Source of the DNA: a bacterium
GTDB taxonomy: Bacteria > Calescibacteriota > Calescibacteriia > Calescibacteriales > Calescibacteriaceae
DNA length: 64,000 nucleotides
Direction of reading: 5' to 3'
Assembly: GCA_030550715.1 (NCBI GenBank)
Contig: JAUQOU010000002.1
Span: forward strand, 23,785-87,784
Within the stretch, counting starts at the first letter, position 1; each line of letters begins with the position of its first letter. The notes below the pieces were generated by a model. That model did not search any database. It was not told the origin of the DNA and worked only from the letters and a program-made list of their open reading frames with translations. This document shows positions 17,411-27,243 of this stretch, piece by piece. A program made the position numbers and the translations under genes.

Positions 17411-18895
17411 TCAAAAGACATAGTTTGCCTCTTCCCGTGTTATCTCTCCTTTTGCGATTTTCTCGCTTATTCTGTCTTCAAGGAGTTTAAAACCAATGTC
17501 TCTGAAAATTTTTCTTATATCACTTTCAGTAAGTTTATTGATTTTTCTCAACTCTGATTTTAGATCGTCTGAAAATTCTACGATTTCAAAGATCGCTTTT
17601 CTCCCCGAAAATCCGTTTTTGCAGTTTTGACACGATTTACCTTTGCAATTTTGACAGATAACTCTGACCAACCTCTGGGAGATTCCGACCCGCAGAGCAG
17701 AAAAAAGTATATATTCTGGAATTCCCATATCTATTATTCTTATTATTGATGATGCGACATCTTTCGCGTGGACTGTTGATAATACAAGATGCCCTGTGAG
17801 AGATGATTTTATAGCTATATCTGCTGATTCAAAATCTCTCATCTCTCCTAAAAAGATAACATCAGGGTCCTGACGCAAAATGTGCTTTAGAACTTTCGGA
17901 AATGTCAAACCTATTTCTTCATTTATCTGAATTTGATTTACCCCTTCAACAAAGTACTCAACGGGATCTTCAATTGAAAAAACGTTGAGCTCATCTCTAT
18001 TTATTTCGAGAAGCATGGAGTATATGGTGGTTGTTTTGCCTGAACCAGTTGGACCAGAAACAAATATAAAGCCACTTTGTTTGTTGAGATTTCTTCTTAT
18101 TATATCTATCTCTTCTTTGGTTAATCCTATTTTTTCAAGGTTGAAATCAAAGCTTTTTTTGAGTATTCGGAGTGCGGTTTTTTCTCCATCAACTGTTGGA
18201 ACTATTGATACTCTTATATCATATTCTCTGTGTGAGAACCTTCCATCCTGAGGCAATCTTTTTTCAGAGATGTCAAGCTGTGAGATAACCTTTATTCTGT
18301 TTGTGATAAGCTGGAATGTGAGTGGAGAGATTTGAGCAAATTTCTCTAATCTTCCGTTTACTCTGAACTTTATTATTCCTGAATTTTTGAGGGGTATAAA
18401 ATGTATATCTGTTGCTCCGAGTTCAATTGCCTTTTCAACTATTGAATCGAGATACTCCTCTATTCCTCCTTCTTTTGCTGAACTGATTTGGCTTGAAAAT
18501 TTCTTCACAAGTGAGGGAGAAATTACGAAAACTTCAATCTTTTCTATACCTGAAATTTCGGATATTTTTTTCAGTGGCAGGTCAAAGGGTTCCGGTGAAG
18601 CTACCACAAGCTTGCTGTCAATAAATTTAACCGGTATGAAAAAGTTTTTTTCCAGAATGCTTTTTGGGAAAAGGTTGAGAAGCGATGTATCTATATCTTT
18701 TTCATCGCTCACTACTCCAAATCCGAAAGTTCTTTTCATCCACTCACAGAACGACTCATCTCCAAATATACCTTTTTCTATCAAAATTTCAGATATTCTC
18801 TTTGACGGGTTTTTTAAAATCTCGTTCCTTATATCCTCTGCCATTTTTCCAGATATTATACCATCTTTCTGAAGGTATTTCAAAATTATGTCCAT
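17411..18895 (-). CDS. GspE/PilB-family secretion/pilus ATPase
   Basis: Walker A GPTGSGKTTT, Asp/His boxes and the tetracysteine CQNCKGKSCQNC. The start is trimmed to ATG 18895 (MDIILKYL) so that it no longer overlaps the upstream gene. Confidence 0.85.
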   Translation of the reverse strand: MDIILKYLQKDGIISGKMAEDIRNEILKNPSKRISEILIEKGIFGDESFCEWMKRTFGFGVVSDEKDIDTSLLNLFPKSILEKNFFIPVKFIDSKLVVASPEPFDLPLKKISEISGIEKIEVFVISPSLVKKFSSQISSAKEGGIEEYLDSIVEKAIELGATDIHFIPLKNSGIIKFRVNGRLEKFAQISPLTFQLITNRIKVISQLDISEKRLPQDGRFSHREYDIRVSIVPTVDGEKTALRILKKSFDFNLEKIGLTKEEIDIIRRNLNKQSGFIFVSGPTGSGKTTTIYSMLLEINRDELNVFSIEDPVEYFVEGVNQIQINEEIGLTFPKVLKHILRQDPDVIFLGEMRDFESADIAIKSSLTGHLVLSTVHAKDVASSIIRIIDMGIPEYILFSALRVGISQRLVRVICQNCKGKSCQNCKNGFSGRKAIFEIVEFSDDLKSELRKINKLTESDIRKIFRDIGFKLLEDRISEKIAKGEITREEANYVF

Positions 18896-18927
18896 AAATA
18901 TGTATAATAGAAATAATAATTCCAAAG

Positions 18928-20091
18928 CTATCTTAATTCTATCTTGTTGAGATATTGTGATATTAGGGATAGGATATGGTTTGAATTTGCGGACCGCGAG
19001 AGCTGGAGAATACATCCTGGAGAATTTGAAAATATTTTCACGCCATTTTTTATATCCTGCTCGAAGTTACCGAGTGTTTTTCTGAGAAGTTCATCAGACA
19101 TTGACCAGTTTTTGAAGAACATTGAACCACCAAACCCACAACAGTAAAAATCTGTCTCTTTCACTTCAAATCCGAGTTTTCTGAGTTTTTCTCCCATACT
19201 TGATTCGCTGTGACATGGTTTATGTAATATAATTTCATCACCATCTGAAAGCTTTACATCTTTCAGCTTATCAACAATTTTGTTCAGAATAAAATCTGAT
19301 ACCTCTTTTACTTCTACTTCGTGACCAAACTCTTTTTCTAATTCGTCTTTCATAAAGTTTTTTATTATCCATGTGCACGTTGGACCATTTACCAGAATTT
19401 TTTTCAATTCTGCTCCACCGGTATCTTTTTTCAGCTTGCTGACGAATTTTTTCGTCCTCTTTTTGAAGGAGTTTATATCTCCTGAAAAGAGTATAGGAGC
19501 CGAACAGCAGGAAAAGCTTTTTGGAGAAGTCATAAAATTCACTCCTAATTTTTTCAAGAGCATTTCAGTTTTTTTTGCTGTTGCTCTGAATATTGTGTAT
19601 CCAAAGCAGGAAGGAAAAAAAAGGATTTTCTCAGAATTTTCAGAGACATCTGTAAATTTTTCTTGAAATTTGCCGGAAAACTCATTATCTTCTGGCGGTT
19701 TAGCTTTTCTCATTCTGGAGATGATTTTGAAGGATAAAGAGAAAAAGATTTTACTGCTTGTTGTGATTTTTGCCATCAGTGTTTCTACCTTGCCGAACAA
19801 AGTTTTGTTTTTTGTCCTTACGAAAGTAAGATACGGTTTCAGTTCAAGAGGGCAGGTTCTCTCACACTCTGTGCATTTTGAACATGTATCAAGGTCTCTG
19901 TAAAAATCAAGAGTTTCTTTTATATCAAGGTTTTCTTTCAAGATTTTGTATGATATGATAAGGCGACCTCGTGGTGAGAACCTTTCATCTCTTGTAGCAA
20001 GATAAGTCGGACAGGTAGATTTGCAGTATCCACATTTCACACATACCGATGGGTCAAAGATTACCTCGTTGAAATCTTTTATACTCTCCAT
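18928..20091 (-). CDS. (Fe-S)-binding protein, GlcF/HdrD-like with two CCG domains
   Basis: CVKCGYCKSTCP and CSKCTECERTCP ferredoxin motifs. CCG-type segments include CCGFGG. Confidence 0.75.
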   Translation of the reverse strand: MESIKDFNEVIFDPSVCVKCGYCKSTCPTYLATRDERFSPRGRLIISYKILKENLDIKETLDFYRDLDTCSKCTECERTCPLELKPYLTFVRTKNKTLFGKVETLMAKITTSSKIFFSLSFKIISRMRKAKPPEDNEFSGKFQEKFTDVSENSEKILFFPSCFGYTIFRATAKKTEMLLKKLGVNFMTSPKSFSCCSAPILFSGDINSFKKRTKKFVSKLKKDTGGAELKKILVNGPTCTWIIKNFMKDELEKEFGHEVEVKEVSDFILNKIVDKLKDVKLSDGDEIILHKPCHSESSMGEKLRKLGFEVKETDFYCCGFGGSMFFKNWSMSDELLRKTLGNFEQDIKNGVKIFSNSPGCILQLSRSANSNHILSLISQYLNKIELR

Positions 20092-20157
20092 TTTTATTCG
20101 TGAAAATTTTTCTGTTCAGAGTTTTTTATTTTATGACAGTTTTTGCTCCAGATTTTA

Positions 20158-22020
20158 TCAATTTTGAATTATTTCTTTCTGTTCAGGAGATTTTCTTCTT
20201 CCTTTACCTTTTTCTTTGTGTGGAATTTTTTGATTTTCTTCCTGTATCTCTTTTTCAAGTTTGCTTAATTTTTCCTGAATTCTCATTCTGTCATATCCTT
20301 TGGGTTTTTTATTCATTGCGGTTTTGTACATCTCAAATGCTTTTTCAATTTGATTTTTAGCAAGGAGTATATCTCCCATGTGTTCAAGAATAACCGGGTC
20401 ATCACTTTTCAGCTCATAAGATCTTTTTATAAGTTCTTCCGCTTTTTCGAGATTTCCTTCTACGAAATAGCACCATCCGAAGGTATCTATAATATAGGGG
20501 TCGTTAGGTTTTTTTGCCATTGCTTCTTCTGCAAGTTTTTTAGCTTCCTGAATTTTTTGCCTCTCTTCATCTGATATAGAACTGTTTTTCTCTTTTGATT
20601 CTCTCACAACTTCACATATTGAGTAAGCTTTGAGGTTAAGATAATTTGGATTTTTCGGGTCAATATTCAAAAGTTCTTCTGCAACCTTCAAAGCTTCATC
20701 AAGCTTTCCTGATTCGTAAAGAAGTATTGATTTAGCGTAGAGGAGTTCTTTGTTGTCTTTGAACCTATTTTGAGATTCTGTAATAAATCGTATAGCTGAT
20801 TCATAATCTTCTATCTCTCTCATGGCAAATGCTATGGAATATGCTATTTCTGGGGAGAAAACCTTCTGGGTTATACTTACTCCAAAATCAATTGCCTTTT
20901 TTGGGGAAAGCTCTTTTAGAGAATCTATTTTGCCTGCGATTGCGTTATCGTATAGGGAAGATGTCTCATCTATTTTTTCAAATTCTTTTATTGATTCTTC
21001 GTATTTTTTCATCTCGTTCAGGGCATAAGCTTTGAGTAATATCGCTACTTCTTTCTGCTGTCCGATAAGTTCTCTTTCTATACTGTTTATAAGTGAGACC
21101 GTTTCTTCATACTTTCCTGCCTTGAAAAGGACTCTTGCAAAATCTATCATCACCTCTGGTTCTGAAATGCTCTTTGTGATTTGTTCCATATAGCTTATCG
21201 CTTTTTCTTTTTCCCCTAGGTCAAGGAGCAAATCAACCAGTTTCCTCTTCAGAGATAGAGAATCTTCATATTGGATATATTCTTCAATTATATTTTTGGC
21301 TTTTTGGAGTTCGCCTTTTTCTTTGTAGGTTTCCACAAGTTCGGAGATAAGCTGTTCATTGTAAAAACCAAGAGATAGAGCTTTTTCAAATTGTTGGGCA
21401 GCAAGGTCATTTTCTCCCTTAAATTTCAGAAGATTGCCGTATATTATGAAACCGTCTGGGTCTGTGGAATTAGCTTCTGTATATGTTTTCGCTTTTGATA
21501 TAGCCTTATCTATTGCTCCTCTTCTCATAAGTTCAATTATTAGCGTTCTGAAAATCATCTCATTTGAAGGAAACTTTTCATTTGCTTCCTCTATAACTTG
21601 CAGAGCTTTCTCTCTCTCTCCAAACTGCATGTATAAGGAGTATAGTTTTTCAAAATCTTTCTCATCTTTTGCTTTTTTCTCTGCCTTCTCCGCATATGCT
21701 AACGCTTCGGATTTTTTGTTCAATCTGTATTTCAGGTTAGCCAGGTCAAAGTATGGCTGAAATCCAATTTCTTTGCCTTCTTTCTCAGAAACTTTAACGA
21801 GAAGCTCTAACTTTTCTTCTGCTTCTGGTAATCTTCCCCTTTTCAAGTCATATATCGCCTGAAAGTACAGAGATTCCTCATCTGGAGCTGATACTTTATC
21901 TTTGATGTAGAACTTCGGTTTTTTCGCACAACCTGATCCGAGAATTAAAAAAAGAATAACTGCATTTGCTGTAAAAAAAAGTATTTTTTTGTTTATTCTG
22001 ATTTTTTTCACTTCTGCCAT
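20158..22020 (-). CDS. tetratricopeptide-repeat protein, probable lipoprotein
   Basis: Signal peptide ending GSGC. Many TPR-like A..Y/A..F helical repeats. Confidence 0.75.
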   Translation of the reverse strand: MAEVKKIRINKKILFFTANAVILFLILGSGCAKKPKFYIKDKVSAPDEESLYFQAIYDLKRGRLPEAEEKLELLVKVSEKEGKEIGFQPYFDLANLKYRLNKKSEALAYAEKAEKKAKDEKDFEKLYSLYMQFGEREKALQVIEEANEKFPSNEMIFRTLIIELMRRGAIDKAISKAKTYTEANSTDPDGFIIYGNLLKFKGENDLAAQQFEKALSLGFYNEQLISELVETYKEKGELQKAKNIIEEYIQYEDSLSLKRKLVDLLLDLGEKEKAISYMEQITKSISEPEVMIDFARVLFKAGKYEETVSLINSIERELIGQQKEVAILLKAYALNEMKKYEESIKEFEKIDETSSLYDNAIAGKIDSLKELSPKKAIDFGVSITQKVFSPEIAYSIAFAMREIEDYESAIRFITESQNRFKDNKELLYAKSILLYESGKLDEALKVAEELLNIDPKNPNYLNLKAYSICEVVRESKEKNSSISDEERQKIQEAKKLAEEAMAKKPNDPYIIDTFGWCYFVEGNLEKAEELIKRSYELKSDDPVILEHMGDILLAKNQIEKAFEMYKTAMNKKPKGYDRMRIQEKLSKLEKEIQEENQKIPHKEKGKGRRKSPEQKEIIQN

Positions 22021-22102
22021 GATAATAAATTTAAGGTTATCAACAAATTTTTTGAATACTCTTTTGCCACTTATTTTTATGGAGTTGAAATCAGAAAAAA
22101 AG

Positions 22103-22303
22103 ATGAAGTTGAAGGTAAAGGTTGTTGGGAGGGAAAGAGAGGTTGATTACTTTCCGGGAATGAGTGTAAAAGATTTGATTTCATCTCTTGGTCTGACTCC
22201 CGATATTTGTATTGTGGTGAAAAACGGGCAAGTAGTGACCGAAGACGAGAAAATAGACATTTCAGATGATATAAAGGTCATCACTGCTATATCAGGCGGT
22301 TGA
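22103..22303 (+). CDS. ThiS/MoaD-family ubiquitin-like sulfur carrier (66 aa)
   Basis: Small beta-grasp-like sequence ending ...AISGG directly before the stop codon. The start is taken as the ATG at 22103. Confidence 0.55.
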   Translation: MKLKVKVVGREREVDYFPGMSVKDLISSLGLTPDICIVVKNGQVVTEDEKIDISDDIKVITAISGG

Positions 22304-22517
22304 AATCGTTTCTCTCACTTTAAAAATTATCTCATCCGATTTGTAAAATATATTGAGAAAAGGAGCGGAAAATCGATATTTTTTGTTTTAAATTTTTAAT
22401 TATTTAATTTTTATTTAATTATTGAATTTTATTTGCTTTTTGTAAAAGTTTTATCTATTAAAATTAAGAATGTAAAATTTTAGTTAGTTTAGCTAACAAT
22501 TTAGGAGGAGAATCAAA

Positions 22518-24536
22518 ATGCATTCAAAAACCGATGATTTTGACATAAAAAACCTTGTGTTTTATATAAAAAGAGGGAGAAAACTATTTATTGCGGTATT
22601 CCTTCTTTTCTCTCTTGCGACTATCTCTTTTCAACTTCTTATACTACCCGGGAAAGGTAAGGAAGCAATTTCCTATAATGCAAGTGTGAAAATAAACTTT
22701 GGAAATTTCTCGTATCTACCAATTATAATGCAAAAACTCGGAGTTGATGTGAATGAGATAAAGCCAGACCTTGACCTTGAAGCAAAGATAATAAAATCGG
22801 ACCAGGTAATAGGTCAGGCATATGAACTTTTGCGCGGGAAAATAAACTACGAAAAAAGATGGTTCATAGAAAATGTGAAAAAATCTATCTCTATAACAAA
22901 GCTTGATGAAAGAAAAGATAAAGAGAACGCCATTGTACTTACAATTAGCTGGACTAAAAAGAACGAAGCGGTTATGATAGTGAACGCAATTGCAGACGCT
23001 TACTATGAATTTTCACAAAAACGTTTCAAAGATGAAATAACCAGAGCTTTATCTATGGTAGAAGTTGCTTTGTCTTCACTTGAATCAATTCTTTCGCAAG
23101 CGTATCTTGATTTCGCTACATTCTTGTCTCAAACAGGAATAATAGATGCCAAGTACCAGATAAAACTCATATTTGACTCACTTCAAAATCTTAAAGATAA
23201 GCTGAGGGAGGTTGAGGTAAAAATCGGTGTTTTGCAGAATTTTCTTTCTGCTGTTGAATCAAAAAGAAAAATAGATGTTTCTGAATTTGCTATCGTATAC
23301 GATGGCTTTGAGAAAATAATTGAAGATTATGAAAACCTCCAGATAAAAAGGGCTGAGCTACTATCTTTCTACACAGAAAAGCATCCAAAGGTTGTTGCTC
23401 TAGATAATCAGATTTCCCAAGTTGCAGATAAGATAAAAAAGAGAATACAATTTGAACTGGAAAAGATGAAGTTGGAGAGAAGATCAATTTTAACTGAGAT
23501 AGAAGAGATAAATAGAACAATTTATAATCTTTCAAACCAGTTTGTAAGCTATCTTCAAAAGAGGGAGAGAATAGACCTTATAAACTCTCTCTTTGAAAAT
23601 TACTATGAAAGTTTCATGAACGCTACACTGCTTGGGGGAGTAAAATTCTCTATGATTTCGGGTATAGAAAAAGCCGAATTTGCATACAGTGTAGGGAAAA
23701 CGAGAAAAAACTTCTCGTGGATTATTTTTTTGAGCTTTATGGTGGGTCTTATAGCAGGTTTCATATCTTTATATATAAAAGAACTATTTGATGTCAGGTT
23801 CAAGAATATAGAAGAAGTAGAAGATTTTTTCAAGTTGCCTATTCTTGGTATTTTGAACACTATAAAAGACGATAGCTCTCTTCCATCATTTAAGTTAGGG
23901 GTAGAAGGAGTGAAAGTGAATATTGAGCTTCTTATGATGAGAAAAAACAACATAATAATATCGGTTTTTTCTTCGGGTTCAGGGGAAGGTAAGACAACTC
24001 TGGTTTACGAGCTTGCAAAGACTTTTTCAAAATCGCAAAGAAGAACACTTGCCATAGACCTCAACTTACGGCACCCCGAACTTCATCTGAAATTCAGAGC
24101 AGAAAAATCTCCCGGTATAGTTGACGCTGTTGTATATAACCTTGAAGAGGAAAAATTTATAAAGCAGATAGATGAAAATTTGTATTTTATACCTTCTGGG
24201 TTAAGTCATCCTTCCCCATCAACTTTTCTATCATCTGATGAGTTCAAGAATTTTCTCCTGAACCTGAAAAATAAGTTTGATTGTATAATTCTTGATACTT
24301 CTCCTATTTTGGCAGTAGCAGATGCCCTGCTTCTTTTTCCTATGTCTGATTTCAAAATTTTGGTTTTGAATATGAAGAATACTGGGAAAATTCAGTCCCA
24401 CAGGGTTATATCTATTGCGAATCAGATAAAATCAGGTTTTGATGGTCTGGTTCTGAACTTTGTTGATGAGGAGGCAACACCGTATGTGAGTTATTATATT
24501 CAAAAGTACGATTACGGGGAAAAGAAGAAGAATTAA
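22518..24536 (+). CDS. polysaccharide co-polymerase (Wzz domain) fused to BY-kinase (Wzc/EpsB-like)
   Basis: AGGAGG RBS and two TM segments flanking a coiled-coil region. Walker A SSGSGEGKTT and Walker A' ILDTSP. Tyr-rich tail PYVSYYIQKYDYG. Confidence 0.8.
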   Translation: MHSKTDDFDIKNLVFYIKRGRKLFIAVFLLFSLATISFQLLILPGKGKEAISYNASVKINFGNFSYLPIIMQKLGVDVNEIKPDLDLEAKIIKSDQVIGQAYELLRGKINYEKRWFIENVKKSISITKLDERKDKENAIVLTISWTKKNEAVMIVNAIADAYYEFSQKRFKDEITRALSMVEVALSSLESILSQAYLDFATFLSQTGIIDAKYQIKLIFDSLQNLKDKLREVEVKIGVLQNFLSAVESKRKIDVSEFAIVYDGFEKIIEDYENLQIKRAELLSFYTEKHPKVVALDNQISQVADKIKKRIQFELEKMKLERRSILTEIEEINRTIYNLSNQFVSYLQKRERIDLINSLFENYYESFMNATLLGGVKFSMISGIEKAEFAYSVGKTRKNFSWIIFLSFMVGLIAGFISLYIKELFDVRFKNIEEVEDFFKLPILGILNTIKDDSSLPSFKLGVEGVKVNIELLMMRKNNIIISVFSSGSGEGKTTLVYELAKTFSKSQRRTLAIDLNLRHPELHLKFRAEKSPGIVDAVVYNLEEEKFIKQIDENLYFIPSGLSHPSPSTFLSSDEFKNFLLNLKNKFDCIILDTSPILAVADALLLFPMSDFKILVLNMKNTGKIQSHRVISIANQIKSGFDGLVLNFVDEEATPYVSYYIQKYDYGEKKKN

Positions 24537-25519
24537 GCATTTTTTATTTCTCTTTCAACTTTTTGGTAGGGTATAAGTGAGCAGAGATGATGTTTTTGAG
24601 GGCAATGATCTTTACCTATAAGCGAACACGGACGGCATCTTAAATTCCCGTACTCCACAAATTTTCCGTAATCGCCGGTGAAAAATCCCATCTCTGGTTT
24701 TGTTGATGTGAAGATAACAATAAGTTGTTTTTTCAGGGCATATGCTATATGAGCTATTCCCGAATCAACACTGACGACAGTATGTGATTTTGAAATAAGA
24801 TATACTATATCTTCTATATCAAGTTCTCCAAAAAATTTTTCTCCACCCGAAAAGTATTTTTCTATTTCTTTTTTTGTTCCAACCACTGCTACGCTGAAAC
24901 CGTTTTTCTCAAGCGAATTTATTAATTTATCACACTCGTTAAGGTTCCACATCTTTGTTTTCCATCTTGATTCTGGGGCTATACAGATTATCTTTTTTCT
25001 TTTCTCCTGACTTTCCTGAACGAATTTTTTTAACCTTTGAGATTTTGGATATTGAGGTGGAAAAATTTTCGGTAAGGCGTGGTTTTGCGCAGTGTTTTCT
25101 CCTGCTAATTTTGATGCGATTTCTGAAAACCTTGTGATAACAGGTTTAACATTTCTAAAATCTTTTTTCAAAAGAGCTTTGTTTCTTTCTATTCTTTGGC
25201 TATCCCACACAAAAGTGATTTTCTGAAGGGGGTCAACCATCAACCTTAAAAGTTTCGTTGATATTTTGTCGTGAAGGTCTAAAATCGCATCTGGCTTTAT
25301 CTCTTTAATTTTTATCCCTAATTTTATCAGTTCTTTCAGAGATGAATTTTCTGCTGTGATAACGCCCTTTATTCTTGGGTCATTTTTCAAGATGGGCTCG
25401 TAGTATTTTTTGGTAGCAAAAAATACATCGAATTTTTTTTCAAGTATTTCTATTACGCTTGTAGATAATACAACATCTCCGAGAGAACTCAATCTTATCA
25501 CTATGACTTTCTTTCTCAT
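24533..25519 (-). CDS. family 9 glycosyltransferase (LPS heptosyltransferase-like)
   Basis: N-terminal KVIVIRLSSLGDVVLS and C-terminal VDSGIAHIAYAL are typical GT9 motifs. Confidence 0.8.
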   Translation of the reverse strand: MRKKVIVIRLSSLGDVVLSTSVIEILEKKFDVFFATKKYYEPILKNDPRIKGVITAENSSLKELIKLGIKIKEIKPDAILDLHDKISTKLLRLMVDPLQKITFVWDSQRIERNKALLKKDFRNVKPVITRFSEIASKLAGENTAQNHALPKIFPPQYPKSQRLKKFVQESQEKRKKIICIAPESRWKTKMWNLNECDKLINSLEKNGFSVAVVGTKKEIEKYFSGGEKFFGELDIEDIVYLISKSHTVVSVDSGIAHIAYALKKQLIVIFTSTKPEMGFFTGDYGKFVEYGNLRCRPCSLIGKDHCPQKHHLCSLIPYQKVEREIKNA

Positions 25520-25915
25520 TTACTTAAAGCTGTTTTTTATTTCAAGGAGAGATATTGCGATTAAGGGGATTATTACCGAAATTGCCCAGATTGACATTCT
25601 TATTCCAAGGAATTCGGGAGTATAGCACGAGTTGGGTTGGCATAGTACCGGATTATTCATTTGGTTTTGCTCTGATATAATGAGGAATATATCTGATACT
25701 GTTGCGGGTAGAACTGAAAACAGGGCAAAGACAGAAAATTTCTGTATGAAAAAGCTTATCAGGAAAGCTATCAAAGTTGTTATCAAGCTGTACCTTATTA
25801 TGAGGCAGAGCTTGCACGGATTTTCACCCTGGAAGATTTGAACATAAAAGCTTCCAGCAACACCTGCGATACACAGAAAAATAGCCAGAATCTTCCTCCA
25901 ATTTTTTCCTTGCAT
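25520..25915 (-). CDS. DsbB/BdbC-family disulfide bond formation protein
   Basis: Four TM segments. NPCKLCLIIRY (CxxC) in loop 1 and CQPNSC in loop 2. The stop codon abuts the GT9 start codon. Confidence 0.65.
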   Translation of the reverse strand: MQGKNWRKILAIFLCIAGVAGSFYVQIFQGENPCKLCLIIRYSLITTLIAFLISFFIQKFSVFALFSVLPATVSDIFLIISEQNQMNNPVLCQPNSCYTPEFLGIRMSIWAISVIIPLIAISLLEIKNSFK

Positions 25916-26145
25916 TTATAAATATTTTTCTCTTTATTCTGTGTTTATTTTATTTTTTCTGATCATTTTGGTAAAGAATTTCGGTAGATTATGGTGATGA
26001 ACTGTTTTTTGAATTTTTCATATTTTATGATTAAAATTTTTTTGGAGCATTACTTTTTCTGAACGGGGTGGATTTCAAACGGGGTCAAAGTTTTTATTCC
26101 AAAATGAAGGTACATAATTGAAGGTAAAAGGAGAGTAATTCTAAC

Positions 26146-27231
26146 ATGAGCGGAACAGCAACAAAAAAGCGTGAGAAATTAGGAATAGGTCCAAAAGGCA
26201 AATTCACATATCTGAAAAAATATACCTTTTTAATTTTTGTCTTCTTTATTTTTCTCATTTTGATTTACAGAGATGGATTTTGCGAGATAGTGATAAAGTG
26301 CGCTACGATTTCTCCTAAGGATTCTCCATGGTCTGCCCTTGTGGAAAAAGCAAGCAAAGAAATCTCCGACGCTACGGGAGGTGAAGTAAGATTTGAGTGG
26401 TACACTGGTGGAGCTGCTGGAGATGAACCTGAGTTAGCCAAAAAAGTGAAAGAGGGAAAACTTGATTGTGCTGGACTTACAGGAAATGGAATATCATACC
26501 TTATACCACCTTTGAGAATACTTGAACTTCCTTTCCTGCTCAAAAATTACGCAGAAGTGGATTACATAAAAAAGAGGATGGAAAAGTTTTTCATCAATAT
26601 CGCTCGTGATTACAACATGAAATTTCTGTGGGTAGCTGACCTTGGTTTTGTCTATATATTCTCTAATTTCCCTATCAACAAGTTAGATGATGTGAGGGGT
26701 AAAAGGGTATGGGTCTGGAAAGGGGACTATATGGCTGAATTCATCGGGAAAGTTTTATCGGAAGATTTCAAAATAAAACCATTCCCCATACCGATAGCCG
26801 ATGTTAAAGGGAACCTGGATTCCTTAGAAATACTTTACAATACTCCTTATGCTTTGACTGTTTTGGGATGGGATAATTTTACAAAATTTATTTTAATTCC
26901 ACACCTTAACTGGGCATTTGTTGCTATAATTTTCTCTAATCCCTCCTTCTCAAAAATTCCACCTCAACACCAAGGAAAGGTTGAAGAAATTTTAAAAAAA
27001 TACCTTGATAACCTCACAAAGATGAATAGGGAATCAGATTTGAGAACTCTTGCTATGCTTGAGAGGAAAGGTATTTCAAAGATATCTTTGCCACCGGAAG
27101 AGGTAGATAGGGCAGAAAATCTATTTAGAGAAAAGGTGTGGGTTCCCCTGAAAGACAAGCTCTATCCTTCGTGGCTCCTCACACAGCTTCTCACAGAAAT
27201 ACAAGCTATGAGAGCAAAAGAGGGGAAGTAG
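26146..27231 (+). CDS. TRAP-type transporter substrate-binding protein (DctP family), no dctQM adjacent
   Basis: Signal anchor. SPKDSPWS...GGEVRFEWYTGGAAGDE...ELPFL...GKRVWVWKG matches the DctP family pattern. Confidence 0.6.
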   Translation: MSGTATKKREKLGIGPKGKFTYLKKYTFLIFVFFIFLILIYRDGFCEIVIKCATISPKDSPWSALVEKASKEISDATGGEVRFEWYTGGAAGDEPELAKKVKEGKLDCAGLTGNGISYLIPPLRILELPFLLKNYAEVDYIKKRMEKFFINIARDYNMKFLWVADLGFVYIFSNFPINKLDDVRGKRVWVWKGDYMAEFIGKVLSEDFKIKPFPIPIADVKGNLDSLEILYNTPYALTVLGWDNFTKFILIPHLNWAFVAIIFSNPSFSKIPPQHQGKVEEILKKYLDNLTKMNRESDLRTLAMLERKGISKISLPPEEVDRAENLFREKVWVPLKDKLYPSWLLTQLLTEIQAMRAKEGK

Positions 27232-27243
27232 GGTTTTGAATTC

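Noticed and set aside
18896-19015. Longer start of the GspE-like ORF, overlapping the Fe-S protein gene
   Set aside because: It overlaps the upstream CDS by 88 nt. The internal ATG at 18895 leaves a 32-nt spacer and begins the conserved N-terminal domain.
25633-25650. TGGCAT and TGGAGC (26043) strings as additional sigma54 promoters
   Set aside because: Neither has a TTGC element at the required N5 spacing. The first lies inside the dsbB CDS.
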